Positions 44,884 to 54,268 are shown, counted from the first letter of the stretch. The stretch is 64,000 nt of DNA from Candidatus Parcubacteria bacterium (GCA_027324805.1 DAHVRZ010000001.1:2945-66944); one strand, 5' to 3'. Numbers and translations: made by a program. The notes: a model not told the origin generated them from the letters alone.

Positions 44884-47361
44884 TTATTCCGCAACAAAAT
44901 CAAACGTATCATTCTGATATATGAGCTTTACCCTGTTCCCTTTGAGTACCTTCCTCCCAAGGATCGCCTGCGAGAGCGGCGCACGGACCTTCTCGTCGAT
45001 CACGCGGCGGAGCGGGCGGGCACCGTATGCCGGATCATAGCCGAGCTTCGCGATCTCCTTGAGCGCCTCCGGCGCGAAATCGAGATAGATACCCTTCTCC
45101 TTCATTATGGAAACCAGCTCTTGCACATTCAACTGCACGATCTTCATAAGATCATCCGGATCGAGGTTTTTGAAAATAATGATCTTCGAAAAACGATTGA
45201 GGAGCTCCGGTTTATATACATCCGTGAGGCGCGCCTTCACATACTCGGCGATCTGAGACATGGTCTCTCCCTGGCCAAGCGCCTGGTTGATGATATCGGA
45301 ATGCGCATTTGAGGTTGCGATGATGATCGTATTCGTAAAATCCACGACACGGCTCAGATTGTCGGTGAGCCGGCCGTCATCGAGGACCTGGAGGAAAAGA
45401 TTGAGGATATCGGGATATGCTTTCTCGAATTCATCGAGCAGGATAAGGCTGTAGGGCTTCGAGAGGACGGCATCGGTAAGTGCGCCGCGTACCGAACCGT
45501 CAGGCGAGCCGATGAAGCGGTAGAAGCTGGTCTTATCCTGGTATTCCGTCATATCGAAACGAACCATCATCTTCTCCGATCCGAACTGGATCTCGGCAAG
45601 TATCTTTGCGAGTTCGGTCTTGCCGACGCCGGTCGGCCCCACAAAGAGGAAACTCGCGATGGGACCGCCTTTACGCGTAAGGCCGGAGCGATATTCGCGG
45701 ATGGCATCCGCCACCGCCTTCACCGCCTCTTCCTGATCCACAAGCTTCCGGTGAATAAGATCCTCCATGTGAAGCAATTTCTCCGCTTCATCGCCTTCGG
45801 CCTCATGCATCGGGACGTTCACCCTTTCCTCGGCGACCGTGGTCACCCGTTCCGGACCGAGCCTTTTCTCACCGCGCCGTTCCGCGTCTACGAGTGCACT
45901 CTTCAAAAGCTCTTCCGCGCTCGAAGGGAGGAATTTATCATGCATATACTTCTTGGCGAGCATCACGGCGCGTTTGATCGCACCAAAACTTATTTCGATA
46001 TCCGATTCATCCTCGAGAAGTACGCTTTCATACGTGAGCACACGCTCCGCCTCCTCTTCCGTAATCTCGGCCACCGGAATCGTTTCAAAAATGGCAACGA
46101 AGTCGCTTCGCGGTTCGATGAGCTGTTTGAACTCGCGCGGATAGGTCGAGCCGACGACGGGAAACCGATTTTCCATAATAATGGGCATCAGGGCGTCGGC
46201 GGCGGAAAGATATGCGGTTCCCGAAGTGCGTACCAGATTATGGAGATCGGGGATATAAAGAATGACATTGCCCGCCTCGAGTATCTCTTCCACGATCATT
46301 TTGAGCCGCGCTTCAAGTTCCTCGGGTGCCGCGCCGGCAACGAGACTCGACAAATGGAGTCCCACCAGCCGTCGGTCAAAGAGCCCGCTCGGCACGTTAT
46401 CCTTTACAAGCGCGAGCGCGAGGTGATGTATGATCGATTCCTTGCCGATACCCGGCTCGCCGATGAGGATCGCATTGGGATTGACGGGCCTCGCGAGTGT
46501 CTCGATGAGCCTCCCGTATTCCGCGCCGTGGCCGATGAGGAATCCTGTTTGCCCGTTGCGGGCAAGGTCGGTATAATCGGTGCCATAATGGTCGAGCGTC
46601 GGCGTCGGACGCGCGGTCCATGCACGGTTCATTACACGATGCTTCGCCACGCGATGTGTGCCGATGCCAAAACCGCCGAGGGCACGCGGCAGTCGATGGA
46701 ACCACCCGTGACTCACGAGCGATCCAAAAAGGAGTGCGCGTTCCAGGTCACCCGGTTCGATCGAGAACTGATTGAAGAGACGATCCATCGCATCGCCTCC
46801 CGCCTTCGGAAGGGCCGAGAAAAGGTCCGGCGCAGTGATGAATTCGTGACCCGCCTTCACCGCTTGGGCGAATGCCGCCGTAAGGAGCGCTTCGATCGTC
46901 CGGATGGTCTCCTCCCTCGATGCCTTACCGGCAGGTCGATCCGGTGCATCCGACTCATTGAACAATGCGTCGAGCTTCGTCTTGAAATCCTCCGGCTTCA
47001 CATCGAGACGTCGCAGGCCTTCCGCGATTACCGGCGACTCAAAGAGTCGCCGCGCAAGTTCAAGGGAAAAATCCTTCTTTGTGATGCTGCTGCGGTCAAG
47101 CGCACGATCAATAGCCCCGAACGCCGCAGGCGATGTCACGCGGGAGAGATTCACCCTCCCGTCGCCGAACGATATCTCCGATATCGGCATATCCCCTTGA
47201 CCACGATGGACGACCAGGTCACCCGAGAAAAGAAGAAGGAACAGCCCGATCCACACCAAAAAGTGAATGCCCGAAAAAAGGAATGCGAACATCGCCGCCA
47301 CGAGGACAACGCCGACGATCCAGCTTGCCACGCGGACAATCATACGGCCCCCGACCGTCAT
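44884..47361 (-). CDS. Membrane-anchored Hsp100/Clp-family AAA+ ATPase (ClpC/ClpB-like) with degenerate first nucleotide-binding domain
   Basis: Two N-terminal TM helices then Clp_N-like repeats. D1 Walker A GEPGIGKES and Walker B ILYIPDLH are degenerate. D2 Walker A GPTGVGKT and Walker B LILLDEFEKA are intact. No IGF/IGL ClpP loop and no long M-domain. The track ORF extends to 47418, overlapping the upstream gene. Confidence 0.85.
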   Translation of the reverse strand: MTVGGRMIVRVASWIVGVVLVAAMFAFLFSGIHFLVWIGLFLLLFSGDLVVHRGQGDMPISEISFGDGRVNLSRVTSPAAFGAIDRALDRSSITKKDFSLELARRLFESPVIAEGLRRLDVKPEDFKTKLDALFNESDAPDRPAGKASREETIRTIEALLTAAFAQAVKAGHEFITAPDLFSALPKAGGDAMDRLFNQFSIEPGDLERALLFGSLVSHGWFHRLPRALGGFGIGTHRVAKHRVMNRAWTARPTPTLDHYGTDYTDLARNGQTGFLIGHGAEYGRLIETLARPVNPNAILIGEPGIGKESIIHHLALALVKDNVPSGLFDRRLVGLHLSSLVAGAAPEELEARLKMIVEEILEAGNVILYIPDLHNLVRTSGTAYLSAADALMPIIMENRFPVVGSTYPREFKQLIEPRSDFVAIFETIPVAEITEEEAERVLTYESVLLEDESDIEISFGAIKRAVMLAKKYMHDKFLPSSAEELLKSALVDAERRGEKRLGPERVTTVAEERVNVPMHEAEGDEAEKLLHMEDLIHRKLVDQEEAVKAVADAIREYRSGLTRKGGPIASFLFVGPTGVGKTELAKILAEIQFGSEKMMVRFDMTEYQDKTSFYRFIGSPDGSVRGALTDAVLSKPYSLILLDEFEKAYPDILNLFLQVLDDGRLTDNLSRVVDFTNTIIIATSNAHSDIINQALGQGETMSQIAEYVKARLTDVYKPELLNRFSKIIIFKNLDPDDLMKIVQLNVQELVSIMKEKGIYLDFAPEALKEIAKLGYDPAYGARPLRRVIDEKVRAPLSQAILGRKVLKGNRVKLIYQNDTFDFVAE

Positions 47362-47398
47362 CCGCAGACGCGGATCGTCGAGATAGAGCGAGGAAGGA

Positions 47399-47773
47399 TC
47401 AAAAGGTCTTTGCCGCATAATAAAGGGTTATAAAGGGGATTATGAGCCAAATCGCATATATAAAAAGAAAACAGACGGCAATCACGAGATAGGCGAACAA
47501 CCCGACAATAATGCGGCCTGTCCGGAAGATAAAACCCAGAATGCGTCCTACAAATGTGTAGTCCTTATAGAGTGGTTCAAAGAGGTGCCGAAGCGTCACC
47601 CGGAGCGCAAGCGACCGGTCGGCCGAAGCGATTGCCGCCATAAACCTCCTCCCGAATGCACGGGAGCCGTCGATATACCAATGATGGAAAAACTCGAATA
47701 TCCGGTAGAAAAAGCGTCCCGCGAGGTACGTCACACTGAAATCCATATCATAATCATAAATCCCAAGCTCCAA
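47399..47773 (-). CDS. Possible membrane protein upstream of the Clp ATPase (low confidence; TTG or internal ATG start)
   Basis: 124-aa ORF with two C-terminal hydrophobic helices. Overlaps the clp-like start region. Confidence 0.3.
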   Translation of the reverse strand: MELGIYDYDMDFSVTYLAGRFFYRIFEFFHHWYIDGSRAFGRRFMAAIASADRSLALRVTLRHLFEPLYKDYTFVGRILGFIFRTGRIIVGLFAYLVIAVCFLFIYAIWLIIPFITLYYAAKTF

Positions 47774-48430
47774 TTAGAACAGGCTCCCCTGCCGGATATC
47801 GCGGGCGCTGCCATTCTCCGTTTTTTCGAACGGCGCCGCAGTGACTTTTGATTCCACGGCCGGAGGCAGCTCGGTCGCCAGCTTCCCCGCAAGCACTGCG
47901 GGTATCTTTTTGAAATCTTCGCGAAGCACCTTCATCATTTCCGTTGAGCGAAGCGCCGCCGCAGGGTGATATACCGGAAACACGATACGACCATCGATCC
48001 GGAGCGGCCGTCCATGATCGCGCGTCATCTTGGCCGTCGGTACGAAATAGTTCATGGCAAAGCGCCCGAGAGTCACAATAAGTCCCGGCGCGATAATGGC
48101 GATCTGACGCGTAAGATAGGGTTGGTATGCTTCGATCTCCGCAGGGGACGGATCGCGATTCTCGGGCGGCCGGCGCTTCACAATATTCGTTATATACACA
48201 TCCTCGCGCTTCCATCCGAGTCCGCGGATCATGTCGTCGAGCAGCTGTCCGCCGCGTCCGACGAACGGACGCTTGAGCCGATCTTCGTTCGCCCCGGGCG
48301 CTTCGCCGATGAACATCACCGCACAGCTCACACTCCCTTCGCCGAATACGAGATTTGCCGGCCCTAAAGGAAGCGATGTGTCGCCGGCCATCTCTTCCTC
48401 AAGCGCCCCAAGCTCCGCAGCTTTATCCAT
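47774..48430 (-). CDS. udg: Uracil-DNA glycosylase, family 4
   Basis: GEAPGANEDRLKRPFVGRGGQLL family-4 UDG motif. Start at MDKAAELG with TATAAT 6 nt upstream (leaderless). Confidence 0.88.
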   Translation of the reverse strand: MDKAAELGALEEEMAGDTSLPLGPANLVFGEGSVSCAVMFIGEAPGANEDRLKRPFVGRGGQLLDDMIRGLGWKREDVYITNIVKRRPPENRDPSPAEIEAYQPYLTRQIAIIAPGLIVTLGRFAMNYFVPTAKMTRDHGRPLRIDGRIVFPVYHPAAALRSTEMMKVLREDFKKIPAVLAGKLATELPPAVESKVTAAPFEKTENGSARDIRQGSLF

Positions 48431-48473
48431 TCTTCTATTATAAGGAATCGTACCCCGCTTCAAAAGCGATCGG

Positions 48474-49145
48474 CTATTTGAATGCAGGCCGCCTGATCAC
48501 CTCTATCACCTTTCCATTCACAAAAAAGTCATCGTCCGCGCCCACATAGATCGGCGCAAAATCCTCCGTCGAATCGGATACAAGAACGATCTGATTGTGT
48601 GCGGCGTCTTTATGAAACCGCTTCACGTTGGCGGCTCCGTCGATCACCGACAAGACCACGTCACCGTCGTGCGGCGTACGATCGTCAGCATCCACTATGA
48701 GATAATCGCCGTTATTGATCGCCTCCCCGTGGACTTTCGCCTGGTTCATTGAAAAGCCGTCCGCGCGCACCGCGAAAAGTCCTTTATTATTCTGCCTGTG
48801 CACCAGCGAATTCGATACGCGGAGATATCCCGCCACATTTTCTTCGGCCAAAACCTCCGCCGGACCGCAGTTCGCCACGCCGACGATGGGAATCTGAAGA
48901 AGACGTTTCCCATTTTCCAAAAAGCCGCCTATCCAGCCCTCCTTCGGCTTTTCTATCGTGCCATTGACGCGATCGATCTTCAGGAGGCCCCTTTTTTCGA
49001 GCTGCTGGAGATGATGTTTTATCTTCTGCGCCGATCGGTCCCCCACAAGCTCTCCTATTTCCCGTAAAGAAAGGCTGGAAATATTGCGATTTTTTGCGAG
49101 GCGCAGGAGTTTTTCCTGTATGGGATGGAGTTTTTGGGTTTCCAT
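48474..49145 (-). CDS. lexA: LexA repressor (SOS regulator, S24 peptidase)
   Basis: N-terminal winged HTH. C-terminal S24 domain with the catalytic Ser motif (ADGFSM) and Lys (VKRF). Predicted Ala-Gly cleavage site (VANCGPAE). Confidence 0.9.
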   Translation of the reverse strand: METQKLHPIQEKLLRLAKNRNISSLSLREIGELVGDRSAQKIKHHLQQLEKRGLLKIDRVNGTIEKPKEGWIGGFLENGKRLLQIPIVGVANCGPAEVLAEENVAGYLRVSNSLVHRQNNKGLFAVRADGFSMNQAKVHGEAINNGDYLIVDADDRTPHDGDVVLSVIDGAANVKRFHKDAAHNQIVLVSDSTEDFAPIYVGADDDFFVNGKVIEVIRRPAFK

Positions 49146-49182
49146 GATTTTGTGGGTTTTTAGTCCTTGCTTCGATTATACC

Positions 49183-49195
49183 ATAGCCTATGGGA
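49183..49195. promoter_or_regulatory. Candidate LexA operator: perfect palindrome CCATAG-C-CTATGG abutting the lexA -10
   Basis: The 13-nt palindrome lies directly upstream of the lexA -10 on the lexA strand (plus-strand attata at 49176..49181). A second inverted repeat TGTCAA-N6-TTGACA sits at 49201..49218. Confidence 0.45.
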
Positions 49196-49212
49196 CATCT
49201 GTCAATAGTTCT

Positions 49213-49248
49213 TGACACTTGACAATCCCCAGTGACCCGAGTAGGATG
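49213..49248 (+). promoter_or_regulatory. Divergent sigma-70-type promoter (TTGACA x2 - 17 nt - TAGGAT) reading away from lexA
   Basis: TTGACACTTGACAA then 17 nt then TAGGAT. Overlaps the inverted repeats shared with the lexA promoter region. Confidence 0.45.
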
Positions 49249-49459
49249 GAGTGGTAAAGATCACTTCGGGCAATTCCTCGCGAACCATAAAGGTCGTTCA
49301 ACCACCAACCTCATACCCTCCCACTATCACCATGAAGACCATTCGTATGGGCAATAACTTCATAACCTTCTGGTCATTCAAGAAAACAGACCCACAGCCC
49401 GCGCGCGGCTTCAGGTTCTTCTTCCTCTAGGACGGACTATGTCTTCATTTTTACGATAA

Positions 49460-49490
49460 ATACCGTCGGCCGTCCGACGGTATTTTCTTT
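49460..49490 (+). terminator. Rho-independent terminator closing the about 210-nt transcript from the 49213 promoter
   Basis: ATACCGTCGG-CCGT-CCGACGGTAT (10-bp perfect stem) followed by TTTCTTTGTCC. Confidence 0.6.
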
Positions 49491-49576
49491 GTCCTTGTTT
49501 TTTATCAATATAAATGTTATAATATTTCCAGAACTTCCTACCCTTTCTTTCCATAAAAAGACCACGAGGAGATAGT

Positions 49577-49942
49577 ATGCACCCATTTCCCGCCTTTCGG
49601 CGCACGTTCACCGCATGGAGACATCGCATTGCCCGCCTGCCCCGATCCCTCTCCGTAAGGTTCGAATGGGAGCTTTGTTACGGGGCATGGTCGCCCGGAC
49701 CCGGCGGACGGCGCAAACTATTCACTCACATCCTCCGCCATAGCCTTCGGGATCTCGCTCTCATGTGCGCGATCTCCGATGGATCGCTCCGCGAGGAAGC
49801 GCTCCGCATCTATCATCGCGAGATAGCTTTCTTTCGGAAAGCCCATCTGCCGTTCAAGCGGCGCTGGGAGGACCCAAGGGCATTCCTTCGGGCCATAGGA
49901 TACGACCCTCGCTCCGGAAAGCCGTTTACAGCGCACCGCTGA
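49577..49942 (+). CDS. Hypothetical Arg-rich protein (121 aa)
   Basis: SD GGAGA 4 nt upstream of the ATG. Extended -10 TGTTATAAT promoter about 45 nt upstream. Confidence 0.45.
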   Translation: MHPFPAFRRTFTAWRHRIARLPRSLSVRFEWELCYGAWSPGPGGRRKLFTHILRHSLRDLALMCAISDGSLREEALRIYHREIAFFRKAHLPFKRRWEDPRAFLRAIGYDPRSGKPFTAHR

Positions 49943-50018
49943 TCGATTCTCCCGCGAGCACATTACCATCCGCCCCCGCGTTACCGCCGGGGCAATTTTT
50001 ATCCTTTTTTGGAGAGTA

Positions 50019-50046
50019 TTGACAAAATACGTATAAAATGTATAAT
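50019..50046 (+). promoter_or_regulatory. Consensus sigma-70 promoter upstream of the 50109 ORF
   Basis: TTGACA - 16 nt - TATAAT. Followed by palindromes AGATCGTTTAGATCT (about 50054..50068) and GGCCTTAAAGGCC (50077..50089) in the 5' UTR. Confidence 0.65.
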
Positions 50047-50108
50047 TATACTTAGATCGTTTAGATCTCATTTCAAGGCCTTAAAGGCCAGAAAGCGAGG
50101 GCCGCTCA

Positions 50109-50831
50109 ATGCAGCCCATTTTCCAAGCATGCAAGGCAGGAGTACAAGACGGCCGCGCTCGTTGCCGCAACGAGCAGGGCAAATGCTCAATTCACCACAG
50201 TATGAATTGGGCGCGGGCACCCCGCCCCGACGTTGTCCTTTTGAAGGTCAACGTCAACGAGAAGCGCGAACGCCGCCTCTCCGCAGCCGGCGTTCCGTAC
50301 CAGTCCCGTTCGTATGATCGGGCCTTACAGCTCGAACAGCAACGGGTGGCGAGTGCCCAATCCTTGGGGCGCAATGCGTATGCGGTGCGGGAACTCTCGC
50401 ATCGTGATTCACATCACACGCCCGAAGCCGCCGATACCGGCTGCCCAGTATTCGGCAAGAGCGGGCTCGCCGAGATGAACGTCGAGGCAGTAACCCTTGT
50501 GTGTGAACTCTTCAATGCGGGTTTCGTCCTCACCGGCGGACACCTTCTGAAAAGGGAGCACAAGCCGCCCGTACGGCTGGTGCTGGAATTCAGCAAGTCG
50601 TCCGCAAAACCGGAAGTTGGAAAATTTCCGTGGGGGGAGGTCGATTCGCTCCTTGCAACCACCTTCAACCAGGTGGATGTGTGGGCAAACGAACGCAGCG
50701 GCGATGGCAAGGTAGTTCACACCGTGAACTGCGGGAAACGCGATGACAACACCAAGCCCAAGACCCGTCTTCATTACGCCGACGGCGACTGGGATATTGA
50801 AGAGTTGCTCCCCGCGACCTCCGCGGTATAG
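50109..50831 (+). CDS. Hypothetical protein (240 aa; start may be internal)
   Basis: Long ORF downstream of a consensus promoter. Weak SD (GCGAGGG). No recognisable domain. Confidence 0.5.
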   Translation: MQPIFQACKAGVQDGRARCRNEQGKCSIHHSMNWARAPRPDVVLLKVNVNEKRERRLSAAGVPYQSRSYDRALQLEQQRVASAQSLGRNAYAVRELSHRDSHHTPEAADTGCPVFGKSGLAEMNVEAVTLVCELFNAGFVLTGGHLLKREHKPPVRLVLEFSKSSAKPEVGKFPWGEVDSLLATTFNQVDVWANERSGDGKVVHTVNCGKRDDNTKPKTRLHYADGDWDIEELLPATSAV

Positions 50832-50924
50832 CCCTCGCTTTCAGATCACAGACAACCGGCCGGACATTGCTCACGCGATGCCCGGCCGTTCTTCTTTTTA
50901 TAATATTCCCGATCTCCGGGGTTT

Positions 50925-52364
50925 TTATTCGGCCCCCTCTCCTGCTTCTCTATCCGCCTCGCGACGATCGAGCACCGTTTTGAACCGCTCAAGCACCCCC
51001 GTAAGCGAACCCGTGCCGAGCATCTCCTTCACATCCACATTTTCGGTCGAAATGCCGGGGACCACGGGCAGGCCCGACGCCAACGAAAAGAGATTCATAA
51101 GGAAGCTGGTGGCATACGACCCCTTCGGCAAAAAGAATGATATCGCGCCCACGCGGCCTTCGAACGAAGCTTTGCCCATTGCTATCTTCTGCAATGTGGC
51201 GCAGCGCCGCGATTCCACGCGCACGAACGGAAAATCCTTCCATGAGCGCGTCGGGAGCACTACGCCGTCCTCTTCGAGAAATTCGGCGTAGGGCTTCCAA
51301 TCCGCCGGATTGAATGAGGTAAGGAATGACAGAGAAAGCGGCACTTCGCCGGATCCTATCAATGCCGAAAGTTTTTTATTGAACAGAAAACTATCATATG
51401 CATAGAACCATAGACGCACCTGGTCCTGCACTTCATGCAGCGCACCAAGGAAATCATCCGGCTTATCGATAAGATGCGCGACGAAGGACCTCTCAATGCC
51501 GAAGTGATACGGGAACCTGTCCACTATTTCCCAGATGCTTTTCCAATCACCCCATTTCTTTTCGATATCCCCGCGCAGCGCCGCAAAATACGGAAGTTCC
51601 CTTTCCGAACGGTGCGTCAGGAACATCTTTATAACCTCTTCGTATTTCCCCTGCACAAGCAACCGGCCGAGAATGTGCGATATGAGCCGCGGGGTTCCGA
51701 AGCGTTGAAGGTAGAAAAAATTCCAAAATCCTTCTTCTTTTGCTATCGCAACCTGCTCGTTCAGAAAATCTTTCACCGCCGCGCCGGGCGGCTCCGCGAA
51801 CCGAAGCGCGATCGTGAACTCGTTCCCCTTAAGATCGCCGTTCGCCACCACTCCCTTGCCGCGCCTCACCCCGTTCAGGAAAAAATTCTCCCGGTCGAGA
51901 CGGGAAAATGCGCCGGGATCCGCGAGGCCGCGGACACTGATCGCCTGCGAGGTGAGCGCGACACGATCTTTGACGCCGGCGAAGCCGATATTCTTTTCGT
52001 CGATCCCAAGCGCGTGCGCAAGCTCCGCCTTTGCCTCGAGCGTGGATATGCCCACCTTCACGAGATCCGCGTAATACGTGGCGCCGTCACCCTCCTGCAC
52101 CGACCCGCCCCCGGCGACATCTTCCAGACGCGCCTCATGAAGATTCCCTTCACGGTCGATCTCCTCCACCACGAAATCCTGCGGCATCAGTTTCAAATAC
52201 GCGACCGGTCTCCCCTGCGGAAGACCTTCGATGCCGACCGAGCGGAGGACCGCATCGTCATCCACCATGGGGGTCCGGATGAAATCCTTCGGAACGCGCA
52301 TACGCTCCGCTTCGAACAACATTCTTTCGCGGTCGCGGTCTTCTTGGGTGATCTGCATCGCCAT
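50925..52364 (-). CDS. truD: tRNA pseudouridine synthase TruD/Pus7 family
   Basis: 479 aa. IGFAGVKDRVALTSQ matches the TruD catalytic-Asp motif GxKDxxAxTxQ. Confidence 0.8.
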   Translation of the reverse strand: MAMQITQEDRDRERMLFEAERMRVPKDFIRTPMVDDDAVLRSVGIEGLPQGRPVAYLKLMPQDFVVEEIDREGNLHEARLEDVAGGGSVQEGDGATYYADLVKVGISTLEAKAELAHALGIDEKNIGFAGVKDRVALTSQAISVRGLADPGAFSRLDRENFFLNGVRRGKGVVANGDLKGNEFTIALRFAEPPGAAVKDFLNEQVAIAKEEGFWNFFYLQRFGTPRLISHILGRLLVQGKYEEVIKMFLTHRSERELPYFAALRGDIEKKWGDWKSIWEIVDRFPYHFGIERSFVAHLIDKPDDFLGALHEVQDQVRLWFYAYDSFLFNKKLSALIGSGEVPLSLSFLTSFNPADWKPYAEFLEEDGVVLPTRSWKDFPFVRVESRRCATLQKIAMGKASFEGRVGAISFFLPKGSYATSFLMNLFSLASGLPVVPGISTENVDVKEMLGTGSLTGVLERFKTVLDRREADREAGEGAE

Positions 52365-52414
52365 TAAGGCAATTATGGCATATTTGTACTCCCGGCAGGA
52401 ATACTATGCATCCT

Positions 52415-52489
52415 TGGTGCTCCCGCGTGGAATCGAACCACGATCACCTCCTTCGGAGGGAGATATTCTATCCATTGAACTACGAGAGC
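52415..52489 (-). tRNA. tRNA-Arg (anticodon CCG), CCA encoded
   Basis: Acceptor GCUCUCG/CGGGAGC (one G:U). Anticodon stem UCUCC/GGAGG with loop CUCCGAA. T-arm CGUGG-UUCGAUU-CCACG. 3' ACCA present. Confidence 0.85.
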
Positions 52490-52496
52490 TCGCTCA

Positions 52497-53606
52497 TCAA
52501 TGTACTACAAAAATGACGATCTCGTAAACCGCGGCGGCGGCGAAGATGATCGCTATACCATCCAGGAGGACCTTCTCTCGCGGCGCGAGGATGAGCATCC
52601 GCCGGCCGACAGTTATGATGAGGAGATATTGCGCGCTTATGAACACGCCGCCTGCAACGCTCACGATCGCCAGAAAATTCGTAAATCCTGCGATCACCGC
52701 CGCAAGCGGAATAAATATGATTGCCGCACGGGAACCCAAAGTGTTCCATCCAAGGTCCTTTTCGAATACGTTCTTCAGTTCGCGGGCCATCGGGAGAGAC
52801 ACCACGCATGCCGCCGCGAGACCCAAAATCGCAATGATGTCCTTTCTCCATACGGGCCATCCCGCGATGCCCGAAATCGTATCGGCGGCAACCTGACCGG
52901 CACTGCCGATCGCGCCGAGGGCGAAAAGCCAATAGAGCAATGCGGCGAAGGCGGTTCCGCCGGCAAGCACCCAGAACATCGCGAAGGGGCGGGAAACATC
53001 CCTCCCGCGGACAACCTCATATACCTGTTCCACGCTTGTCCACCCTGCAAGAGCGAAAATCACCGCCCCAAACGGCAGGAAGAACTCCCGCGGCGCAGCG
53101 AAAGGAATGTTCGCAAGGGCAAGCTCGGGCCTTCCTGAAAAGAAGATGAAAAATATCGCACAAGCGATAAGTATGATGCCGCCGACCTCGAGCCAAGCGA
53201 TCCTGCCTCCGCTCCTCCACGCAAGGAAGGCCAGGACGGCCCAGAACGCAGCAAGCGCGGCAGCCGGGGGAATACCCGGGAAAAGGATCAACAGGAAATG
53301 CGCGCCGAGCACGAGATAGGCGACAAACCCGAGAAGCAGGCCTATCACGATCGCCGCGAGGCCGACAAAGAATCCGACTGCCCCGAGATGCCGACGCGCG
53401 AGACCAAGCAGACGTTCCTTTTCCCCTTCGGCGGCAAGCGTTCTCAGATATATAGTGTGCGCGACGGATATGGCAGCGATGAGTCCCACGAACCAGACAA
53501 GAGAAACGACCCATCCGGACCGTTGGATAATGTACGGCAGCGCGAAAACACCCTCCCCTATGGTCGCCGCCGCAACGATCGCCGCGATTTCGATCCTTTT
53601 ATCCAT
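52497..53606 (-). CDS. Polytopic integral membrane protein (putative transporter/flippase-like)
   Basis: 369 aa, about 10-11 TM helices. No diagnostic motif. Confidence 0.6.
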   Translation of the reverse strand: MDKRIEIAAIVAAATIGEGVFALPYIIQRSGWVVSLVWFVGLIAAISVAHTIYLRTLAAEGEKERLLGLARRHLGAVGFFVGLAAIVIGLLLGFVAYLVLGAHFLLILFPGIPPAAALAAFWAVLAFLAWRSGGRIAWLEVGGIILIACAIFFIFFSGRPELALANIPFAAPREFFLPFGAVIFALAGWTSVEQVYEVVRGRDVSRPFAMFWVLAGGTAFAALLYWLFALGAIGSAGQVAADTISGIAGWPVWRKDIIAILGLAAACVVSLPMARELKNVFEKDLGWNTLGSRAAIIFIPLAAVIAGFTNFLAIVSVAGGVFISAQYLLIITVGRRMLILAPREKVLLDGIAIIFAAAAVYEIVIFVVH

Positions 53607-53611
53607 CCGCC

Positions 53612-54268
53612 TTATCCGTTTGCCTTCTTCGCAGTCCGCAGTTTCGCCTCATCCACCACAACATCCTTCTCTTCCTCGTGCACGCGTGCGAGCACTTTGT
53701 CCACGAGCGACTTCGGATCGGGATCGAAAACCACCTTGCCCATACCCCGATGCGCGATCTTCAGGATATGTTCGATTTCATCGCTCTCTCCGCCGCTGCC
53801 GAGGAGCACGCCTTGCGGCTTCTTGTCCTCAAACGCAATCGTGAACTCGTTCAGCGTGCCGACGCGCCCGAATATGGTGATCACCGCGTCCGCGGCGCGG
53901 GTGAGGAGCAGGTTGCGGCCGGAATAATCAAATCCGGTATAAATAATAAGGTCGTGATATTCCACGGGGAGCCGATAGGTCTTCACGTGTGCGAGTTTCG
54001 ATACTGCCGGGGAAAGCCCTATCACGATGCCGCCTTCCTCTTTGGCACCCTTCGCGGCCCAAAACGGAATACCCGTCGTAGCTCCCGTCACGAGCACCGC
54101 ACCGCGTTTCGCCACCTGGCGCCCGACCTCCATTGCTTTCTCTATCGTCCCCGCGGGCGCAAAGGTCGTGTCCGCCGCTCCGGAGATGCACACTTTATAT
54201 TTAAGATAGGTCTTGCCGAGCTCCGAGAGAAGTTTTTTCTTTGATGTCGTCTGTTTTGTTTTCGCCAT
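53612..54268 (-). CDS. LOG/TIGR00725-family Rossmann-fold protein with Lys-rich N-terminal tail
   Basis: KVCISGAADT...VLVTGATTGIPFWAAKGAKEEGGIVIGLSP pattern of the LOG/DprA-like (SLOG) superfamily. Start at MAKTKQ; the longer ORF begins 54334. Confidence 0.65.
   Translation of the reverse strand: MAKTKQTTSKKKLLSELGKTYLKYKVCISGAADTTFAPAGTIEKAMEVGRQVAKRGAVLVTGATTGIPFWAAKGAKEEGGIVIGLSPAVSKLAHVKTYRLPVEYHDLIIYTGFDYSGRNLLLTRAADAVITIFGRVGTLNEFTIAFEDKKPQGVLLGSGGESDEIEHILKIAHRGMGKVVFDPDPKSLVDKVLARVHEEEKDVVVDEAKLRTAKKANG

Noticed and set aside
45751-47433. 560-aa plus-strand ORF
   Set aside because: Antisense to the Clp-like ATPase gene, whose Walker motifs fix the true strand.
51435-52367. 310-aa plus-strand ORF (plus 54843..55706 and 60485..61147 equivalents)
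   Set aside because: Antisense to truD, the beta-CASP gene and pyrG respectively. No independent support.
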